In this document: positions 44,565 through 50,318 of the stretch, one piece after another
Layout of the letters: each line of letters starts with the position of its first letter
Position numbering within the stretch: position 1 is the first letter of the stretch
NCBI GenBank assembly: GCA_900556405.1
Contig: USPB01000001.1
Coordinates: 1-50,318 of the forward strand
Direction of reading: 5' to 3'
From: an uncultured Actinomyces sp.
GTDB taxonomy: Bacteria; Actinomycetota; Actinomycetes; Actinomycetales; Actinomycetaceae
DNA: 50,318 bases
Translations under genes and position numbers: made by a program
The notes under the pieces: generated by a model
Seen by the model: the letters and a program-made list of their open reading frames with translations, nothing else
What the model was told of the DNA's origin: nothing
Databases searched by the model: none

Positions 44565-46681
44565 TAGCGCCTCTTGACGATCGGGATCGCTCCGGTCATC
44601 GTGGGCCGCACGACAACGCGACGCAGGATGCCGGTCTGTGTGGCCTCGTCCTCGGGGATCGGGCCGACGGGAGTGTTGTCGGGCAGCCCGGGGGCGAGGA
44701 TCGTCGAGCGCCCATCAGCGTGGACGGTGGCCTTGGGGGGCTCGTCGTCGTGGCCGAGGCCGGAGCGGTCGTCAACGACGCGCACGTCGTGTGCGGAGCT
44801 GACGGAGAAGTTCCAGTCCGGCAGCGCGATCGCCGAACGCGTGTCCTCCCGCTTGGGTTCAAAGACGGGGACCCAGCGGGGCTTTTCGGTGCCGCTCGGC
44901 TTGTAGGTGCCCGTGCCGATCTTGCGGGTCATGCGCCCGGCCGCGGAATCGGCGGGCACGGAGGAGACCGGGTGCCAGGAGGGTCGCGACGAGGCGCGAT
45001 CTGCGCGGTGACGGCGTTCGCGCTGGGGCGGAGCCTCCTGGGCGGGCGCGTTGTCCTGGGCGGGCGCGTTGTCCTGGGCGGGCGCCGACTGCTCGACGGG
45101 AGCAACGGGTGCCTGAGCGGCCGCTGCCTCCTCGTCGGCGGGGGCGAAGCGCGATGTGCTGGCGGCGGATCGGGCGGGGTCTGCCGCCTGCTCGGCCGCG
45201 CGCTGGGCGGGGGTCTGCGACTGCGGGAGGGGCACGGCGTCGAGCGCAACCGCTTCCTCGCTGCTCGCCTCCTCCGGAGCGGGTGTCACCTCGGGCGCAG
45301 GCACGGCCGCGGGCGCAGGCACCGCCTCGGGGGACCACGCCGCGTGCGAGGCCGCGGCCTCGGGCGACGGCGCACCTGCGGGAGCCGACGCACTGTGAGG
45401 CGCGGGCGCAGGCGTCGGCGCGGGCGGGACCGAGGCTTCGATCGCGCCGGAGAAGGGGGCGTCGGCCGCGGGCACACCCGGGCGGGTCACGAGGTTGTCG
45501 ACCTGGCTGATTTCGCCGGTCAGGGCCTCGATGAGCTCACGCATGTCGGCGCTGGCCTGCTCGGCGCGCTGGGCCAGGAGCTGGTCCGAGTCGGCCATGA
45601 CGGCCGCCGGATCTTCGAGCCAGTCGTCGACGGCGTCGATGATGCCCTCGCGGTCGGGGGTGTGGGCCAGCAGGTCGGACACGCGTCCCACGCCCTCGAG
45701 GATGGCGTCAGGGTCGCACAGGAGCCAGGGAGCCAGCACGAAGGCGCGGTCCTTGGCGCGCGGGTGCGGCAGGGTGAGGACCGGGTCGGCGGAGGCCAGG
45801 CCCTCGATCTGAATGATGTCGATGTCGACGGTGCGCGCGCCCCAGCGCTCGTGGCGTTCGCGCCCCAGCTCGCGCTCGATGCGGCTGGTCTGAGCGAAGA
45901 GCTCGTCGGGGCTCGCGATCGCGGAGCCGACGACGACGGCGTTCCAGTAGTCGGGCTGGGGTGCCTGTCCGGGCGCGAGCACGGGCTTCGTGCGCATGAT
46001 CGGCGAGACGTCCTCGATCTGGAAGCCCTCCATATAGGACAGGGCCTCGACCGTGTGCATGAGCGTGACGGGCACGTCCCCGAGGTTGCCGCCGATCGCC
46101 AGGACCACGCGACGCGAGCGCAGGTGCGCCGGACGGGAGGTGTCCTCCTCGCGCTCGGCGGCGTGCGCGGCGCGGCGCGACGGGAGCGCCTCGCGGTGTT
46201 CCTGCTGCGCGGGGCTGGGCGCCTGAGCGCGGCCGTAGGCCTCGATCTCGCCGGTGAGGACGGATCCGTCCTCGGCCTCGTAGATGCCTTTGAGGGACAG
46301 CGATAGGGGCATCGCGTCAGTCTCACCCGCGCGCACGGTCACCGACACGTCCGCGAAGGGGTGGTCGATGGGGGCATCGGGCTTGTGGACGGTCACCTCG
46401 GTGCCGACGACGCCCTCGTGGCTCATGACGCGCGCGGCGATGGTTTCGGCGAGGGTTTCGATCAGGTCGACGGCGGTGCCGGTGAGGACCGCCATGGCCT
46501 CGTCGGCGATATCCGCGTAGGAGACGGTGGCGGCGATGTCATCGGTGGCGCCCGCGGTCTCGACCCACATGACGATGTCGGCGCTGAAGCGCTGGTCGCG
46601 GGCGCGCTCGAAGTCGTAGACGCCGTGATTGGCCATCGCCCCCAGTCCTTTGAGGGCGATGATGACGCGTCGGTTAGTCAA
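44564..46681 (-). CDS. folK: Dihydroneopterin aldolase - HPPK fusion (FolB-FolK) with long Pro/Ala-rich C-terminal extension
   Basis: FolB: HGVYDFER..Q.FSAD, VSYA, LIETLAE, HKPDAPI. FolK: VLAIGGNLGD, YWNAVV, RWGARTVDIDII, LPHPRAKDRAFVLAPW. Confidence 0.92.
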   Translation of the reverse strand: MTNRRVIIALKGLGAMANHGVYDFERARDQRFSADIVMWVETAGATDDIAATVSYADIADEAMAVLTGTAVDLIETLAETIAARVMSHEGVVGTEVTVHKPDAPIDHPFADVSVTVRAGETDAMPLSLSLKGIYEAEDGSVLTGEIEAYGRAQAPSPAQQEHREALPSRRAAHAAEREEDTSRPAHLRSRRVVLAIGGNLGDVPVTLMHTVEALSYMEGFQIEDVSPIMRTKPVLAPGQAPQPDYWNAVVVGSAIASPDELFAQTSRIERELGRERHERWGARTVDIDIIQIEGLASADPVLTLPHPRAKDRAFVLAPWLLCDPDAILEGVGRVSDLLAHTPDREGIIDAVDDWLEDPAAVMADSDQLLAQRAEQASADMRELIEALTGEISQVDNLVTRPGVPAADAPFSGAIEASVPPAPTPAPAPHSASAPAGAPSPEAAASHAAWSPEAVPAPAAVPAPEVTPAPEEASSEEAVALDAVPLPQSQTPAQRAAEQAADPARSAASTSRFAPADEEAAAAQAPVAPVEQSAPAQDNAPAQDNAPAQEAPPQRERRHRADRASSRPSWHPVSSVPADSAAGRMTRKIGTGTYKPSGTEKPRWVPVFEPKREDTRSAIALPDWNFSVSSAHDVRVVDDRSGLGHDDEPPKATVHADGRSTILAPGLPDNTPVGPIPEDEATQTGILRRVVVRPTMTGAIPIVKRR

Positions 46682-47537
46682 CGTCGTTCTCCTTTCGGGC
46701 GATGGCTGCCACGGTGGCGGCTACGTCGTGGACCCGCACGGCCCACGCGCCTGATGCCGCGCAGTAGGCGGCGATGGCCGCACTGTCGGCGTCCACGTCG
46801 CCCCCGAGGGCCTTGACGAAACGCTTGCGAGACGCGCCGACGAGGACGGGATAACCGCCCTCCAGGAAGCGCGGCAGTTCGCGCAGGATCTGCCAGCACT
46901 GGTCGCCCGTCAGCGAGAAGCCGAGGCCCGGGTCGATGACAATTTTATCAGCTGTCACACCAGCATCAATAGCGTCTTGAACCTGGGAACCCACGCGCTC
47001 AACGAGCGTGCCCACGAGGTCCTCCCCGTAATCGAAGTGCTCCCCCGGCATACCCGGCAGCGCGCGATAGTGCTGAACGACGTACGCGCAGCCCGAGGCG
47101 GCGACCGCCGCATTCATCTCGGGGTCCCAGCGCCCACCACTGACGTCGTTGATAATCGCCGCACCGGCGCGCGCGGCCTCGCGGGCCGTCGCCGCGTGCA
47201 GCGTATCCACGGACACGACGACGCCATCGGCAGCCAAGGCCTCGACGACCGCGCCGATGCGCGCCCACTCCTCGTCCGCGCTGATACGCGTCGAATTCGG
47301 CCGCGTCGACTCCCCGCCCACGTCGATCAGGTCCGCGCCCGCGGCCACCATCTCGCGCGCGTGGCGCAGCGCCGCGGCCACGTCCGCGTAGCGTCCCCCA
47401 TCCGAGAAGGAATCGGGGGTGACGTTGAGGATGCCCATGACCGCCGTGCGCCCACCGGGCAGGGCCAGCCCGTCCGGCAGCGCCAGGGACGGGACCGGGA
47501 ACGAGGCCGGGGCGGCGGGCAGGGGCAGGGTGCTCAT
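46674..47537 (-). CDS. folP: Dihydropteroate synthase
   Basis: VMGILNVTPDSFSDGG, IDVGGESTRP, IDPGLGF, GASRKRF, VRVHDV. Confidence 0.97.
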   Translation of the reverse strand: MSTLPLPAAPASFPVPSLALPDGLALPGGRTAVMGILNVTPDSFSDGGRYADVAAALRHAREMVAAGADLIDVGGESTRPNSTRISADEEWARIGAVVEALAADGVVVSVDTLHAATAREAARAGAAIINDVSGGRWDPEMNAAVAASGCAYVVQHYRALPGMPGEHFDYGEDLVGTLVERVGSQVQDAIDAGVTADKIVIDPGLGFSLTGDQCWQILRELPRFLEGGYPVLVGASRKRFVKALGGDVDADSAAIAAYCAASGAWAVRVHDVAATVAAIARKENDVD

Positions 47538-47538
47538 G

Positions 47539-48108
47539 TCATCGGCTCCCAGACAGGACGAGGGCCATCATCTCGGCGCGGGTCGCCCCGTCGCTCATGA
47601 TGCCGCGCAACGCGCTGGTCACGGTCGACGAGCCCGGCTTGGAGATGCCGCGCATCGACATGCACATGTGCTCGGCCTCGATGACGACGATGACGCCCTG
47701 AGGGTGCAGGACCTCGTCGATCGCGTCGGCGACCTGGGCGGTCAGGCGCTCCTGGACCTGGGGGCGGCGCGCGTAGCCTTCGACGACGCGAGCCAGCTTG
47801 GACAGGCCCGTCACGACGCCGCCGCGCGGGATATAGCCCACGTGGGCGCGGCCGTAGAAGGGCAGCAGGTGATGCTCGCACACCGAGAAGAAGGTGATGT
47901 CACGGACCAGGACGAGCTCGTCGGTGCCCGCGTGGAACTGCGTGCGCAGGTGCTCACGCGGGTCCTCGGTCAGACCCTTGCACATCTCGCGCCACGCGCG
48001 CGCCATGCGGTCGGGCGTGCCGACCAGGCCCTCGCGCTCGGGGTCCTCACCGATCGCGACGAGCAGGTCGCGCGACGCCTTCTCGACGCCTGCGGGATCG
48101 TAGGTCAC
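47539..48108 (-). CDS. folE: GTP cyclohydrolase I
   Basis: [35 protein letters not shown] start overlaps the ftsH stop. Confidence 0.97.
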   Translation of the reverse strand: MTYDPAGVEKASRDLLVAIGEDPEREGLVGTPDRMARAWREMCKGLTEDPREHLRTQFHAGTDELVLVRDITFFSVCEHHLLPFYGRAHVGYIPRGGVVTGLSKLARVVEGYARRPQVQERLTAQVADAIDEVLHPQGVIVVIEAEHMCMSMRGISKPGSSTVTSALRGIMSDGATRAEMMALVLSGSR

Positions 48109-50147
48109 TCCTGCTCCTCTTCCACGCCCGAGGCACCGGTGACGTCAATCGGCGACACGTCGATTCCCTGCACGGGAACGGGCTTCCACTCGTCCTCGGC
48201 CTTGATACCGACCGGGTGGCCCAAGACCACGCCCGGAACGGCCGCGTCGGACTGATAGTTCCACACGGGACGCTCGGGAGCCTTGATGACGTCCTGGAAA
48301 ATCTCGCGCAGCTGCGCCTCGTCGAGGGTCTCCTCCTCGAGCAGGCGCGATGCCAGCGTGTCGAGGACGCCGCGGTTTTCCGACAGGATGCGCCACGCCT
48401 CGCGCATCGCGTTGTCGAGGAGGCGACGCACCTCCTCGTCGATGATCGCGGCGGTCTCATCGGAGAAGGAACGCGGAGCCTCGCCAGACCCGTGCCCAAA
48501 GGCCTCGGTGTCGGCGTCTCCGAGCTTAACCATGCCGATGCGGTCGCTCATGCCGTAGTCGGTGACCATCGCGCGGGCAGTCTTCGTGGCCTGCTGAATG
48601 TCGTTCGCGGGGCCGGTCGACGGATCGCGGAACACGATCTCTTCGGCGACGCGACCACCCATGCCGTACACCAGGTCGTCGAGGAGCTGGTTGCGGGTCT
48701 TGTTGAAGCGGTCCTCGGTGGGCATGACCATCGTGTAGCCCAGCGCGCGGCCGCGCGGCAGGATCGTCACCTTCGTGACCGGATCCGTGTAGTTCAGCGC
48801 GGCGGCGGCCAGGGCGTGGCCCGCCTCGTGGTACGCGGTCACGGCCTTGTCGTGGTCGTTCATGACACGGGTGCGCTTCTGCGGGCCGGCGATCACGCGG
48901 TCGATGGCCTCGTCGATGGCGCGCTCGTCGATGAACTGCATGTTCGAGCGCGCGGTGAGCAGCGCAGCCTCGTTGAGGACGTTCGCCAGGTCCGCGCCCG
49001 TGAAGCCGGGCGTGCGCTTGGCGATCTGACGCAGGTCCACCTGCGCGGTGAGCGGCTTGCCCTGCGCGTGGACCTTCAAGATGGCCTCGCGGCCCTTCAA
49101 GTCGGGGGCCTCGACGGCGATCTGACGGTCGAAACGTCCCGGGCGCAGGAGCGCCGGATCGAGGATGTCGGGGCGGTTGGTCGCCGCGATCAGGATGATG
49201 TTGGCGCGCTCATCGAAGCCGTCCATCTCCACGAGGAGCTGGTTGAGCGTCTGCTCGCGCTCGTCGTTACCGCCGCCGATGCCGCTGCCGCGGTGGCGAC
49301 CCACGGCGTCGATCTCGTCGACGAAGATGATGGCCGGCGCGTTCTTCTTCGCGCGCTCAAAAAGCTCGCGCACACGCGAGGCACCCACGCCGACGTACAG
49401 CTCCATGAACTCCGAACCGGAGATCGAGAAGAAGGGGGCGTTCGCCTCGCCGGCGACGGCCTTGGCGAGGAGGGTCTTACCAGTTCCGGGAGGGCCGTAC
49501 AGCAGGACGCCGCGCGGGATACGCGCACCCACCTTGTGGAACTTGTCCGGGGAGGCCAGGAACTCGCGGATCTCCTCGAGCTCCTCCACGGCCTCGTCCT
49601 CACCGGCCACGTCCGCGAACGTGACGTCCGGACGCTCCTGGTTGAATTCCTTAGCGCGCGACTGAGTAAAGCCGCCCATCATGCGCGAACCCGACATGGA
49701 ACGCATCACGAAGTAGAACGCGCCCATGAGGACCAGCAGCGGAATCAACAGCTGAATAATCGCGCCGAGGGCGCCGGACTGCGGGCGCACCGCGTTCCAC
49801 CCCTTGGCGGGAGCCTTGTCGGCCACCGTGTCCAAGATGTCCTTGGTCTGCACGTAGGAGTACGTGAAGTACACGCGCTTACCCAGATCGACGGTCTTGT
49901 CGTCGCCGCCGGTGGACTGGTGGACGTAGTTCTCCGTGAGCGTCAGATTCACCTGCTGGGTGCCCTCGTTGAGGACGACCTGCTCCACCGTGTCACCCGA
50001 AATGAGCGCCAGGCCCTCCGAGGTCGTCACTGCACGTGGTTGGTTCGTCTGCCAGAGGAACCAGCCGCCCACCAGCAGCACGATGAGCGGAACCAGCACC
50101 CACCCCAGGCTGGGGCGTTTGTTCTTGATCTTCTCGTTCACGGGCAT
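48105..50147 (-). CDS. ftsH: ATP-dependent zinc metalloprotease FtsH
   Basis: Two TMs, [37 protein letters not shown]. Confidence 0.98.
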   Translation of the reverse strand: MPVNEKIKNKRPSLGWVLVPLIVLLVGGWFLWQTNQPRAVTTSEGLALISGDTVEQVVLNEGTQQVNLTLTENYVHQSTGGDDKTVDLGKRVYFTYSYVQTKDILDTVADKAPAKGWNAVRPQSGALGAIIQLLIPLLVLMGAFYFVMRSMSGSRMMGGFTQSRAKEFNQERPDVTFADVAGEDEAVEELEEIREFLASPDKFHKVGARIPRGVLLYGPPGTGKTLLAKAVAGEANAPFFSISGSEFMELYVGVGASRVRELFERAKKNAPAIIFVDEIDAVGRHRGSGIGGGNDEREQTLNQLLVEMDGFDERANIILIAATNRPDILDPALLRPGRFDRQIAVEAPDLKGREAILKVHAQGKPLTAQVDLRQIAKRTPGFTGADLANVLNEAALLTARSNMQFIDERAIDEAIDRVIAGPQKRTRVMNDHDKAVTAYHEAGHALAAAALNYTDPVTKVTILPRGRALGYTMVMPTEDRFNKTRNQLLDDLVYGMGGRVAEEIVFRDPSTGPANDIQQATKTARAMVTDYGMSDRIGMVKLGDADTEAFGHGSGEAPRSFSDETAAIIDEEVRRLLDNAMREAWRILSENRGVLDTLASRLLEEETLDEAQLREIFQDVIKAPERPVWNYQSDAAVPGVVLGHPVGIKAEDEWKPVPVQGIDVSPIDVTGASGVEEEQE

Positions 50148-50166
50148 CCCTTACAGGTAGGCGTTC

Positions 50167-50318
50167 TCAGTTGGTGTAGACGTGCGGCTGCAGCGTGCCG
50201 ACGAAGGGCATGTTGCGGTACTTCTCGGCGTAGTCCAGGCCGTAACCGACGACGAACTCGTCAGGAATATCGAAGCCCACGTAGGCAACGTCCACGTCGA
50301 CCTTGGCGGCCTCCGGCT
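50167..50318 (-). CDS. hpt: Hypoxanthine phosphoribosyltransferase, 3' end (partial, runs off the window)
   Basis: Minus-strand translation ...[38 protein letters not shown]; hpt-ftsH-folE synteny. Confidence 0.95.
   Translation of the reverse strand, partial: PEAAKVDVDVAYVGFDIPDEFVVGYGLDYAEKYRNMPFVGTLQPHVYTN

Overview
High-GC actinobacterial chromosomal segment. Gene content and the intergenic GCGAAAAAGTTCGCCCAGC repeat suggest Actinomycetaceae (Schaalia/Actinomyces-like); this is an inference. Left (1-4.5 kb): a ktrB/trkH - ktrA/trkA K+ uptake pair, split by a ~2 kb insert holding a 41-bp-period direct+inverted repeat array, DnaA-box-like sites and an AbiEi-like/DUF559 nuclease gene. Middle (4.6-40.2 kb): a large type VII secretion (ESX-4-like, T7SSa) island. 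It encodes eccB, a fused eccC, two eccD-like genes, mycP, a WXG100 pair and two substrate cassettes; one cassette has unusual His/Gly-rich and collagen-like tails. It also encodes four extra secreted S8 proteases sharing a C-terminal HLGTSPRYH motif, an RDD-FHA protein, and a large Ig/Fn3 surface protein - DUF58 - pseudo-transglutaminase - Ser/Thr kinase operon that lacks the usual MoxR ATPase. Right (40.5-50.3 kb): core genes radA, disA, a membrane protein, DUF3180, a folB-folK fusion with a long tail, folP, folE, ftsH and the 3' end of hpt. No rRNA, tRNA, CRISPR array, integrase or transposase was seen. All family calls come from motif recognition by eye, not database searches.
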